Source: a virus (lineage: Duplodnaviria > Caudoviricetes). From it: a stretch of DNA of 57,987 nt. Below the pieces are notes generated by a model that had not been told where the DNA came from, searched no databases, and saw only the letters and a list, made by a program, of their open reading frames with translations. The DNA lies in IMG/VR virus record IMGVR_UViG_3300006805_000031, positions 1 to 57,987 of that record, one strand, 5' to 3'. Positions 28,858 through 38,180 of the stretch are shown piece after piece (position 1 is the stretch's first letter; the number at the start of each line of letters is the position of its first letter). Position numbers and translations under genes: made by a program.

Positions 28858-29400
28858 ATGAAGGTATTTTACAAATCTTGTGACTTCTCCGGCCTAGACA
28901 CAACAACGCCAGCTGGCGCAAGATTTGTAAAGCTGGTTACCCTTCTTGATATGATGGGATACCAGCCAGTTGATTTCCCGTGCGAAGCTGACATCATCAC
29001 TCATCTGAGCCCAACAAAAGACCTTTGGTCATTTGCGGATAAAATGATCGATGAGTGGCCTGAAGACTGCAGTGAAGAATCGCAGCTCATTCTTGTAGAT
29101 GAGCCAGACTATTCCATTGAAGACATTCAGCTGATCCGATCGCAAAACCCAGAGGCCCAGATTTGCCTGCTAAGCGCCAGCAAGATCCCATCAGGTAAAA
29201 AAAAGAAGAACGAGGTGTTCATGGAGGAGGCTTCCGTAGAGCATGTTGTGAACCTTCTTCGTTACGCCGATTCGTTTTTTTCCCAAACAACTCCCATTGA
29301 GCAATTTATGGGATTTGGAGTTGAGTTTCGGTCGGAGCCTGGTTGCACGCCGTACCGCAAAATTAAACCTAGGGACTTTGCCGTTTCTGTGCTGATTTGA
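28858..29400 (+). CDS. Hypothetical protein (180 aa) in glycosylation cluster
   Basis: ORF coupled to its neighbours; no firm motif. Confidence 0.55.
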   Translation: MKVFYKSCDFSGLDTTTPAGARFVKLVTLLDMMGYQPVDFPCEADIITHLSPTKDLWSFADKMIDEWPEDCSEESQLILVDEPDYSIEDIQLIRSQNPEAQICLLSASKIPSGKKKKNEVFMEEASVEHVVNLLRYADSFFSQTTPIEQFMGFGVEFRSEPGCTPYRKIKPRDFAVSVLI

Positions 29401-29437
29401 CTAGAAGCCACCATAGCTGCATGCTAATATTCCACAA

Positions 29438-30352
29438 ATGGCAAAATTCGGCGTTATCGGTCTTGGGTTTGTAGGATCTTCGTGGGCTACGGTGCTGGCG
29501 GAGCGGTCTAAGAGCAGCTACGATGTCATCGTAATGGACACCGCACTCGGCGTCGCACAACGTCTTGGCCACAAGCTGGGGTGCCACTCACTAAGTGACC
29601 CAATGAGCACTCAAGGTAAGCTCGCCCCGGCCATCAATTTCATTGCTGTCCCCACCCCAATGAACCCCGATGGCAGCTGCAACCTGTCGTATGTGCACAG
29701 CGCCCTAGAGGGCCTATCGGCAGGCAGCATTGCCGTTATCAAATCCACAATGCCCCCAGGAACAACGGCTAGGCTCTCTCAGGAGTTCCCAAGTCTACAG
29801 ATCGTTTTCAGCCCAGAGTTCCTCACAGAAGCGAACGCATTGAAGGATGTTCGAGAACAAAAACGTATCATCCTGGGCGGCCCTCGCCAGGCTGTTAATC
29901 GTGTTCAGGCGCAACTACGTGGCATCTTCCCAGATGCAGCTTTCGTGAAGACCTCTGCCGCAAATGCAGAAATGACAAAGTATGTCACGAACTGCTTTCT
30001 TGCAACGAAAGTTTCGTTTGCAAATGAGATCTTCCAAATCTGCTCAAAGCTAGCTGCCGGCGGCGTCGACATTGACTACGACCGGGTCATTGAGTGCGTT
30101 AAGCTCGATCCTCGTGTCGGCGGATCGCACTGGAGCGTGCCTTCGTTTGAGTGCGATGCTAAGGGTGACCCCCTGTTTGGTTTTTCGCTTTCATGTTTCC
30201 CGAAAGACATCAACGCCCTGATCTCGCTAGCGAAAGCACTTGACGTCAACCCACTTGTTCTTAAAGCCGCTTGGGAAAAGAATGTAGAGGTCCGCCCCTC
30301 CAAAGACTGGGAAGCCTTAGAGGGGCGAGCCGTTACCAAGAAAACTAGCTGA
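29438..30352 (+). CDS. UDP-glucose/GDP-mannose dehydrogenase family protein (short form, no C-terminal UDP-binding domain)
   Basis: GLGFVG, FIAVPTP, IKSTMPPGT, SPEFL, AEMTKYVTNCFLATKVSFANE, DPRVG, SCFPKD. Confidence 0.9.
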   Translation: MAKFGVIGLGFVGSSWATVLAERSKSSYDVIVMDTALGVAQRLGHKLGCHSLSDPMSTQGKLAPAINFIAVPTPMNPDGSCNLSYVHSALEGLSAGSIAVIKSTMPPGTTARLSQEFPSLQIVFSPEFLTEANALKDVREQKRIILGGPRQAVNRVQAQLRGIFPDAAFVKTSAANAEMTKYVTNCFLATKVSFANEIFQICSKLAAGGVDIDYDRVIECVKLDPRVGGSHWSVPSFECDAKGDPLFGFSLSCFPKDINALISLAKALDVNPLVLKAAWEKNVEVRPSKDWEALEGRAVTKKTS

Positions 30353-30704
30353 AGAACTCTTCGGCAAACTCAGCCGCCATTTCGTGAGGTGACTTCAGAA
30401 ATGCCTGAACAGGATCTGTGTCGGCAACCCAGCCGGGGAGCATGCTTGTGATTGTACGCATCTGCTCCCTGGTTTGGCCATAACCAAGCTTCCGAAGTTC
30501 GTCTTTGACAAGCTTCATTTTTGTTTCCGCTGGGAATTTCGCACGAGCATCTGGGCTAGCCGTAATCTTCCCCTTCAGTTCTTTTTCCACTTCTTTTTCG
30601 GAATCACTTGCCCACGCCGGAACAGTTTCCCGCTCCTCGTACGCCTTCGAGAGTTCCTCCCGAATCAGTTTCCGAAGCTCATTGTAGGTGACGTTCTTAG
30701 CCAT
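30345..30704 (-). CDS. Hypothetical protein, counter-oriented (MAKNVTYNELRKLIREEL...)
   Basis: ATG at 30704 with CTATCTA 9 nt upstream. Confidence 0.6.
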   Translation of the reverse strand: MAKNVTYNELRKLIREELSKAYEERETVPAWASDSEKEVEKELKGKITASPDARAKFPAETKMKLVKDELRKLGYGQTREQMRTITSMLPGWVADTDPVQAFLKSPHEMAAEFAEEFFS

Positions 30705-30725
30705 ACTAACAATTAGATAGGCAGC

Positions 30726-31163
30726 ATGAAAAACAGAAATCTCACCCACTCCGATTGTTGGGCAACACCACCTGAATTCTACAACTCCCTTGACAAAGAA
30801 TTTGGTTTCGACTTTGATCCGTGCCCGCTACGTGACCCCGAAACCATCACGCCAGAAACAGATGGCCTCCTCATCGACTGGGGGAACATGAATTTCGTGA
30901 ATCCCCCCTACAAGTTGCCCCTAAAGACGGCATTTGTGAAAAAGGCAATTGAAGAGCAGAAGAAGGGCCGGACTTCGGTTATGCTACTGCCTGTCTCCAC
31001 GAGCACTGTCCTCTTCCACGACTACATCAAACCCAATGCAGAGGAGATTCGATTTGTCAGAGGGCGAATCAAGTTCATTGGAACGAACACATTCGGCGAA
31101 ACTGTAAACAAAAATGCAGGAATGCACGACTCGATGGTCGTTGTGCTCCGAGGACACAAATGA
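30726..31163 (+). CDS. Phage DNA N6-adenine methyltransferase (short Dam family)
   Basis: WATPPEF...FDFDPC...DGLLIDW...FVNPPY...VMLLPVSTST...EIRFVRGRIKF. Confidence 0.88.
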   Translation: MKNRNLTHSDCWATPPEFYNSLDKEFGFDFDPCPLRDPETITPETDGLLIDWGNMNFVNPPYKLPLKTAFVKKAIEEQKKGRTSVMLLPVSTSTVLFHDYIKPNAEEIRFVRGRIKFIGTNTFGETVNKNAGMHDSMVVVLRGHK

Positions 31164-32098
31164 GCCAGAACCTCCCCGTTCTCAAAAACGGAAAACCACA
31201 CGTTTCCTATTCTGAATTCTCCACATGGATGAAGTGTTCCTACCGCCATCTCCTCTCGTACGTCCTCAAGGTCGGCAAACAGCTTCCGTCCTTCGCATTG
31301 ATTTACGGGAACGCTCAGCATGATTACCTGGAGAGCTTTGTTACAAAACGAGACGACTCTGTTGCTCGGGAGATCTGCCGACAGCGGCTCCAAGCCTGGC
31401 GCACTGAAAATGATGCGTGGTTCATGGAGAATGTAGAGAAGGTGCCAGAACTTCAGAAATTCGACATTGAGGCTCTGGTGGAAAAAATCTCTGAGATTGG
31501 TCAGCTATCCATTGAGTTCCTGGATAGGACATTCAAGAACTGGCAGATCCTACGGGCCGAGGATGAACTGTATGAGCCGGCGCACTCCAATGGTGGAAAG
31601 GAGTTCCGCTTTAAGGGCTTTGTTGATCTTGTGATCGTAGCAGATAGCAAGAAAAAGCCCAGCAAAAAGAACCCTGAGCAAAAAAAAGAAGTTTGGCTCT
31701 TGGACTGGAAGACTACATCGAGGCCTTGGGATGCAAAAAAGCTTCGTGATCCAATCGTCACATATCAGCTAGTACTTTACAAGAAGTTCTGGCTGCAAAA
31801 AGTAGTAGATCTCGGTATTGACGCAAAAGAAATTCGCTGCGGATATATCACCATTCTTCGAGAGAGCAAGAAGAAGAACTTCTATACCTTCATTCCCGTG
31901 TCGGTTGGCCCAGTTCCTACAACCAGGGCGCAGAAGCAGATTGGTGACTTTATTGCATCGATGGAGCGTGGTATGGCGATTAAGCGTCGCTCTGAATCCA
32001 ATTGTAAGTTCTGTGAGTTCGCAGAAACGCCCGCTTGTCCGAGTGTACTACAATTGAACGGTGGTCGCCCCAAAGACAAAAGTCCTCCTCATCTCTGA
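31160..32098 (+). CDS. PD-(D/E)XK nuclease, Cas4/AddB-like with Fe-S cysteines
   Basis: VSYSE...C (first Cys), GNAQH, KGFVDL, LDWKT, QLVLY, CKFCEF....C. Confidence 0.85.
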   Translation: MSQNLPVLKNGKPHVSYSEFSTWMKCSYRHLLSYVLKVGKQLPSFALIYGNAQHDYLESFVTKRDDSVAREICRQRLQAWRTENDAWFMENVEKVPELQKFDIEALVEKISEIGQLSIEFLDRTFKNWQILRAEDELYEPAHSNGGKEFRFKGFVDLVIVADSKKKPSKKNPEQKKEVWLLDWKTTSRPWDAKKLRDPIVTYQLVLYKKFWLQKVVDLGIDAKEIRCGYITILRESKKKNFYTFIPVSVGPVPTTRAQKQIGDFIASMERGMAIKRRSESNCKFCEFAETPACPSVLQLNGGRPKDKSPPHL

Positions 32099-33317
32099 TA
32101 ACATGACAGGAGCATCGGGTGTTGGGATTCAGTCTCGATACCTGGCTCAAGGCCTCGCTGCGACTGGAAGCTACAAGATCTTTCAGCTTGGCGCTGCAAT
32201 CAAGCACCAAAACTACGATATCATCAATCTCGGCCCGGACATTTCCGTGAAGCCGATGGATGGTTTCAACAATATTGACCTTTACCGCAAGGCTCTTGCT
32301 GAACTGAAGCCAGATATCACCATCCTGTTTACGGATCCTCGCTTTTTCGAAAGCGTGTTCCTGAATCACGATGAGTTTCACCAGCACGGGCCTGTTGCGT
32401 ACTGGCATCTTTGGGATCAATGTGAGATTCCGCCAGACTTCAATGCGCAGCTGTATAAGTCTGTTGACCTGTTCAATTGCATCAACTACCCAACATACCA
32501 GTTTGTAAAGAGCCTTCATCCGGATTCGACAAACTATATCCCCCACGCCATTCCGGACGGGCTTTATAGACCGCTAGCGCCAGAATTCAAGCTTGAGGTC
32601 CGCCGACATCTTCTTCCGCCTGGACGGGAAGAGGACTTTGTCGTTTTGTTCGTCAACCGCAATGCACACCGAAAACGCCCCGGGGACGTTGTTTGGGCAT
32701 TCAAAATGTTCCTTGATAAGCTGGAGGCCCAACATGGCCACCGCAAAGCTACGCTTGTAATGCATTGTGACCCCCTTGACCACGAAGGTCAGCGCATTGA
32801 TCTTTTGGCGGAGCGCTTTGGTCTACAAAACAACATCGTTTTCCAAGTCTCCACTCCAGACGACGCCGGGATGTGCCAGATCTACAACTCGGCAGATGTT
32901 GTTGTAAACATCTCTTACGCCGAAGGATTTGGTCTTGGCACACTCAATGCGATGTATTGTGGTGTGCCAATCATTTCGAACACCACAGGCGGCCTAACAA
33001 GGCAAGTGATCAACCCATATGACGGAACCGTAAATGGCGTTGCCCTGAAGCCCGTGGTGAAGAACCTTATCGGAAACATCAAGTGTCCTCATATTGTGCA
33101 GGACATGGTTTCTCTCGATGATGTATCTGACGCCTTCTTGGAGATGTACAACAAATCGCCAGCCGAACGAGCTAAAATTGGTGAGGTGGCGATGAAATAC
33201 GCAAAGAGCGAATACGGATTTGGCAAAATGATCTCTGATTGGGATAAATCCATTCAGAAGACCTTGCAGGGCTGGAAGAGTCGTCGCCCAAACTGGACGG
33301 TGGAGGATATTCAATGA
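32061..33317 (+). CDS. Glycosyltransferase family 4
   Basis: SGVG, IPHAI, FVNRNAHRKR, IYNSADVVVNISYAEGFGLGTLNAMYCGVPII. Confidence 0.88.
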   Translation: MVAPKTKVLLISDNMTGASGVGIQSRYLAQGLAATGSYKIFQLGAAIKHQNYDIINLGPDISVKPMDGFNNIDLYRKALAELKPDITILFTDPRFFESVFLNHDEFHQHGPVAYWHLWDQCEIPPDFNAQLYKSVDLFNCINYPTYQFVKSLHPDSTNYIPHAIPDGLYRPLAPEFKLEVRRHLLPPGREEDFVVLFVNRNAHRKRPGDVVWAFKMFLDKLEAQHGHRKATLVMHCDPLDHEGQRIDLLAERFGLQNNIVFQVSTPDDAGMCQIYNSADVVVNISYAEGFGLGTLNAMYCGVPIISNTTGGLTRQVINPYDGTVNGVALKPVVKNLIGNIKCPHIVQDMVSLDDVSDAFLEMYNKSPAERAKIGEVAMKYAKSEYGFGKMISDWDKSIQKTLQGWKSRRPNWTVEDIQ

Positions 33318-34450
33318 AAAATGTTCAGCTCGTCGCACCAGTGCTTACTCGCTCTGGGTATGGCGTTCATGCTCGCCAAATCGCCTCCTATCTCGTGGAG
33401 AAACACAAGGAGGGGAAGATTCAACTGTCTATTCACTCCACGAATTGGGGTATCACGCCATGGATCATTTCAGGGCCAGACTTCCAGAAGTTTACGCCAT
33501 TCCTTGGCCCTCAAAAGAATACAGATGTCAGCATTCAGCTTACCGTCCCAAGCGAGTGGCAAAAGCGCTGTGCAATCAATGTTGGGATGACCGCAGGGAA
33601 CGAGTCAGATCGCTGGTCAGAATCCTGGCTTAAGGCCGCTGATGACATGGATCGGATCATCACACCAAGCGCACACGCATCAATGCCGCTTCTGATGGCT
33701 AAGCCACACCTCTCGGAAAGAACAAGGCTGGTGCCCGAATCTTTCTCAGGGGCATTTTTGGAGCCAGCCCCAATCGATCTACGGCTTGAGCGGGATTTTA
33801 ATTTCCTGATTGTCGGGCAGATCACTGGAGACATTACGTCTGATCGCAAGAACATCATTCGGACTATTCGCTGGATGGCTAGGCATTTTTCCGCCCGAAA
33901 AGATGTTGGACTTGTCGTAAAGCTTAATAGCGGTCGAGACACCGTCTTCGACAAGAGAGACACAGTGGACACTATTAAGTTGGCGCTTAAGGATATCCCG
34001 AAAGGGTTGCCAATCAAACTTGTGCACGGTCGACTATCCGATCAAGAAATGTCTGGACTTTATCGCCACCCACAAATCAAAGCGCTTGTCACAACAACCC
34101 ACGGAGAGGGTTTCGGTTTGCCCATCCTTGAGGCAGCTGTTTGTGGTCTGCCCGTTATTGCCACAAACTGGAGCGCCCATTGTGAGTTTTTGCGGCTGGG
34201 TAAGTTTGTGGATGTCCCGTACGAACTCAAGCATGTCCCGAAGTCGAAGATCGACAACGTCATTCAGCCCCCGGGCGCTCGATGGGCGGATGTTGACCCC
34301 AGCCAGTTCTTGAAGCGCTGCGAAAAGGTAATTGATAAGTACGAAACCCCAAAGCTTTGGGCAACCGAACTCTCTGAAAAACTGCAAGCGAAGTACTCCT
34401 CAACTGCGATCTTTCAGGCATACGACCAGGCGTTCGAGGGTATTCTATGA
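33314..34450 (+). CDS. Glycosyltransferase family 4
   Basis: SGYGVHAR, DRKN, TTHGEGFGLPILEAAVCGLPVIATNWSAH. Confidence 0.88.
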   Translation: MKNVQLVAPVLTRSGYGVHARQIASYLVEKHKEGKIQLSIHSTNWGITPWIISGPDFQKFTPFLGPQKNTDVSIQLTVPSEWQKRCAINVGMTAGNESDRWSESWLKAADDMDRIITPSAHASMPLLMAKPHLSERTRLVPESFSGAFLEPAPIDLRLERDFNFLIVGQITGDITSDRKNIIRTIRWMARHFSARKDVGLVVKLNSGRDTVFDKRDTVDTIKLALKDIPKGLPIKLVHGRLSDQEMSGLYRHPQIKALVTTTHGEGFGLPILEAAVCGLPVIATNWSAHCEFLRLGKFVDVPYELKHVPKSKIDNVIQPPGARWADVDPSQFLKRCEKVIDKYETPKLWATELSEKLQAKYSSTAIFQAYDQAFEGIL

Positions 34451-34770
34451 TTACACTGTTCGTCCTCGGCTTTCTCCTTTTGGTGTCAATTGCAGCTAAT
34501 GTATTTTGCGTCATTGCCTTGTTGAGATTCACCAAAAAGATTACTAGCATAGAGCTTGCAGTTGAAAATGCTCTAGTGGAGTTCGATCGCTCCTACAACT
34601 TCATTTGGAAGCTCCTGCAGACCCCTCTCGTGACGGATGATCCTGTGGTCAGATCCGTCCACCGCCAAATGAAAAATGTACTTGCGTCTATCCACGGTGT
34701 TGCTGAGAAGCTGGCCATTGAGTTTGACGCACTCGAAAGTGAAAAGGACGGCAACAATGGCCAGCAGTGA
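34447..34770 (+). CDS. Small membrane protein
   Basis: N-terminal hydrophobic helix (MITLFVLGFLLLVSIAANVFCVIALL) followed by a coiled coil. Confidence 0.6.
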   Translation: MITLFVLGFLLLVSIAANVFCVIALLRFTKKITSIELAVENALVEFDRSYNFIWKLLQTPLVTDDPVVRSVHRQMKNVLASIHGVAEKLAIEFDALESEKDGNNGQQ

Positions 34771-35503
34771 CCCGACATACCAAAAAAGAATCCTGAAGCG
34801 CAAAAAGGGCAAGACAGACCCTTCAAAGATGTACTTCAATGCCGATACGCAAGATGCGATTGTGGCATACGCAAAGACAACAACGAATGATACTCGGGAG
34901 CGGCGGACCCTTTACGCCACTCGAATCATGCCAGCATTCAAGACTCTTGTAGACAATCTTGTCAATGTACATAAGTTCAACCCAATTGGGGAAACTGCTG
35001 ACGAGATGAAAAGCGACTGCGTGCATTTTCTTTATGAGACAATCCACAAGTTCGATCCCACAAAGGGGACGGCCGCTTTTTCGTACTTCAATGTTGTGGC
35101 CAAAAACTGGCTGATCATTCGAACCAAGCAAAGGCTCCAAAGGGCCAGAAAAACGGTTTCGCTAAGCTCACCCGATCTCATGAACCCAGCGGACCTACAG
35201 ACGCTTGAGGAAGCTTCCGTGGATGAGGATGTGCCCCGTCAGCAAGAGGGCGTAATTACCAGTGGTGTTGTTCAACTGCTTCGGGGTTTTCTCGCCACAT
35301 TCACAGACGCACAAGAGGTTGCTGCTGTGAACGCAATGATCCAACTCTTTGAGACATCTGAGAATCTTGAGCTCATCAACAAGAGCGCTACCTTTCTTTA
35401 TGTCCGTGAAATCTCAGGCTGCTCACAAAAGCAGCTAAGCGGCATCCTCCAGAAGATTCGAAAGACATACAAGCAAAAAAGAGCAGAGATTCTAGAGCTA
35501 TGA
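34757..35503 (+). CDS. RNA polymerase sigma factor, T4 gp55-like (late transcription)
   Basis: YFN...DEMKSDCVHFLYETIHKFDPTKGTAAFSYFNVVAKNWL matches the sigma region-2 pattern of gp55-type proteins (DEM..D....FD....N.F.YF...N); ATG at 34757. Confidence 0.75.
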   Translation: MASSDPTYQKRILKRKKGKTDPSKMYFNADTQDAIVAYAKTTTNDTRERRTLYATRIMPAFKTLVDNLVNVHKFNPIGETADEMKSDCVHFLYETIHKFDPTKGTAAFSYFNVVAKNWLIIRTKQRLQRARKTVSLSSPDLMNPADLQTLEEASVDEDVPRQQEGVITSGVVQLLRGFLATFTDAQEVAAVNAMIQLFETSENLELINKSATFLYVREISGCSQKQLSGILQKIRKTYKQKRAEILEL

Positions 35504-35904
35504 CAACACTGATTAACAAAACAGAGGACTATCTCGATATCGAAGACAAGATCCTGTCCTTCCATAGACTTGTGGATTCTATGGCAACGGTCAAAGACCA
35601 AAAGAAAACCCTTTGGAAGGACATCTATTCGAATGCCGTTCGAGACAGAAAACTTGCTTTCATGATGTACCAAAGCATCACCGAGAACCTAGATGACCCA
35701 GCTGGGCACTCTATTCACGGCCCAACAATTGCGAAATACATCGAGCGCCTAACAAAATCAAACGACCAAGTGATGCGTCTATGTGAGATCGTCTCCAGCG
35801 CCCTTGAGGCGAATGAGGAGACTCCAGAGAACATTAACGCAGATGACTTCTACAACATGTTGGATCGAGATCGGGATCGAGACCGTCGACGAGAGTCAAA
35901 ATGA
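35500..35904 (+). CDS. Hypothetical helical protein (134 aa)
   Basis: ATGA overlaps at both ends. Confidence 0.6.
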   Translation: MTTLINKTEDYLDIEDKILSFHRLVDSMATVKDQKKTLWKDIYSNAVRDRKLAFMMYQSITENLDDPAGHSIHGPTIAKYIERLTKSNDQVMRLCEIVSSALEANEETPENINADDFYNMLDRDRDRDRRRESK

Positions 35905-37253
35905 GCAACTTGAGTTCACCTGGCAGCTCTATTGCGGAGAATAGAGTTGGGCAGGATTTTGCGCAGCACATTGCACAGAAATCCACTCAGATCAATTCTG
36001 GCGGGGGTTCCCCATACGAAAGGTATGTGGTTCTTGAGGTCATTTCCGACCCGGTTGCCCAGGTGGACTCTCTTCAGGAACTGTCTGAGAAGTACGGCAT
36101 CAACATCGATCTCGTAAAGTCTTGCCCTTTCGATTCCGTGATTGCCCAACCAACTAGTGTGGCTGGATATGGTTTTGAGAAGCCGATGCTCCTCTATCCA
36201 TTCCATCAGCCACACTTGCGGCTTCCGATCAAGCCAGGGGAGCAGATCTGGGTATTTTTCGAGCGCTCCTCTAATGTTGACTTTGGGTATTGGGTGGGGC
36301 GCATCACTGAACCTCGTCACGCCGATGACCTTTCACATACGCACGCTGACCGAAAGCACCATGAGTCCTCAAAGGCGATTCGTGCTGGTGATGTTGACCG
36401 CAAGCAGCTCACCTCTCCCACTTTTTCCTCTGGCACCGAATCAAGAGAAGGTTCTATCAACCGTTCCACATCCAGCTTGAACTCTCAATATGGGAAGATT
36501 TCGTATGAAGAACTGATTCGCTCAAATCCGCTCGTTAAGCGCCGAGTGTTTGCCAGGATGAGGAAGCGCCCCGGGGACTTTTTGTTGGGTGGCAGTGAGG
36601 GCTCTTTTGTGTTGGTGGGCTCAGACCGAAGCAAACTCGGCGAGGTCACTTCTGGAAAATTCACAGAGCGGCCAAGTAAAGATCGACCAAATGGCTCAAT
36701 TGTGGAGCTTGTCGCTGGATTTGGGACAAATTCAAACGCTTCAAATGCGCCAGCGCAAATCACCAACTCCATGGGTGAGCCGGAACTGGATAAGAGGCAG
36801 GGTAAAGAGCGTGCCGGAGAGGGCCTGCCAGACTACGAGAACGATGTTTCTAGGCTTCTTTTGAGTGAGGACGCCGAACTAGACACTCGCTTCTCGATCA
36901 GCCCTCCTGGGGTCTCTCCTGTGGATTCCGGCGGCTCCATTGTTTTGAAAACCGACCACGCCAGGATCATCGCCAGAAAGACACTCACGCTCATGGTGAA
37001 GCTGTCAGCTGACACACCAGACGAGGATGCATCCTACATTGTTCTCGATGGCAATGATATTACGTTCATCCCTTCGAGAACTGGATATGTCAAACTTGGA
37101 GGAACTGAAGCAAATAAAGCGATCCTTGTGTCCCCAGTGGCTATTGCGGCGGCGGGCGTCGTGACCTCCCCGCCGCTTGTTGATACTCTTGGGGCATCTA
37201 TGGGCGCCGGCGGCGTAAATGGTGAATTCAGCAAGAAAGTTTTGATTGTTTGA
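35901..37253 (+). CDS. Baseplate hub/spike protein (gp5/gpV-like OB fold + C-terminal beta strands)
   Basis: LYPF..HLRLPIKPGEQIWVFF...GYW OB-fold pattern; C-terminal short beta repeats; sits upstream of the gp25-like gene. Confidence 0.6.
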   Translation: MSNLSSPGSSIAENRVGQDFAQHIAQKSTQINSGGGSPYERYVVLEVISDPVAQVDSLQELSEKYGINIDLVKSCPFDSVIAQPTSVAGYGFEKPMLLYPFHQPHLRLPIKPGEQIWVFFERSSNVDFGYWVGRITEPRHADDLSHTHADRKHHESSKAIRAGDVDRKQLTSPTFSSGTESREGSINRSTSSLNSQYGKISYEELIRSNPLVKRRVFARMRKRPGDFLLGGSEGSFVLVGSDRSKLGEVTSGKFTERPSKDRPNGSIVELVAGFGTNSNASNAPAQITNSMGEPELDKRQGKERAGEGLPDYENDVSRLLLSEDAELDTRFSISPPGVSPVDSGGSIVLKTDHARIIARKTLTLMVKLSADTPDEDASYIVLDGNDITFIPSRTGYVKLGGTEANKAILVSPVAIAAAGVVTSPPLVDTLGASMGAGGVNGEFSKKVLIV

Positions 37254-37256
37254 GCC

Positions 37257-38174
37257 ATGGCGCTGTCGTCTCCTATTCATGGTCCAGCTGGAACCGGCCT
37301 TCTTGATTCATCGGGTAAAATCACAGATGAGCAGATGAAGCGATATGCAGAGGGAATCATCCAGCTTACAGAGGCTGGATATAGAGCCTCGAAGCTTTCA
37401 AGTGTGTTGGGAGTGCCGTTGCCTGGGGCTCCTTTTTTCGAGGCCGGACAAGCGCTAAGTGACGCCGAGAAGGAGCGAATTCTGGATCCCACTGGGAGGT
37501 TCCAAAGCGTTCTTCTTCGTCCTGTGCTGCAAGCAATCACGGATTCATGCAATGTTCAAGGACAGCTTCTGTTGTTCCCGGCATTTGATCCGCTCTCTGT
37601 TGCACCCAGTCTAAGTCTTCAAGATATCCCATCTTTCACGCTGGAGCTAACGCTTGCTTTGTCACTGCCAGCCCCAGCGTTGGCGATCAAGCTCGAAGAG
37701 CTTTCGAAAAAATATGGTATTGACTTACCAGACCTTCTTGAATTCGGAAAGGGGATCGTGACGCTGGCAATTCCTCCGCCTCTTCCGCAGCTGCCTTTGC
37801 CGTCTATTCCATCTGTTCCCACAATAGAGTTATCGTTTTCAGTTGTTCCGGAACTATTTCTTGAGATCCCAAAAATCCTATTGCAGATTCTCAGTCTTGA
37901 CTCTATCACGGGTCTTGTCTCTGGACTTCTGCCAGTTCCGTCGCCGCCATCAATCGGGAAGGCTATCCTTGACCTGCTTAGCCTCCCTGTGCTGAATCTG
38001 TTTTTGTCACTTGGGCTTGGCGGAAACCCATGTGCATTTCAAACGGCATATATCACTTTCTTGTTGGAATATGTGGTGGGCCTAAGCGCATCCACAGCTG
38101 TTGCGATTTGTATTGGCTCTGGCCCCATATCTCGGGCGGTCGTGGAGACGTTGGTGACTGGCGCCGCTAGTTAA
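37257..38174 (+). CDS. Leu/Pro-rich hydrophobic hypothetical protein
   Basis: PPPLPQLPLPSIP tract and hydrophobic C-terminus; between the spike and gp25-like genes. Confidence 0.55.
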   Translation: MALSSPIHGPAGTGLLDSSGKITDEQMKRYAEGIIQLTEAGYRASKLSSVLGVPLPGAPFFEAGQALSDAEKERILDPTGRFQSVLLRPVLQAITDSCNVQGQLLLFPAFDPLSVAPSLSLQDIPSFTLELTLALSLPAPALAIKLEELSKKYGIDLPDLLEFGKGIVTLAIPPPLPQLPLPSIPSVPTIELSFSVVPELFLEIPKILLQILSLDSITGLVSGLLPVPSPPSIGKAILDLLSLPVLNLFLSLGLGGNPCAFQTAYITFLLEYVVGLSASTAVAICIGSGPISRAVVETLVTGAAS

Positions 38175-38180
38175 TGCGGC

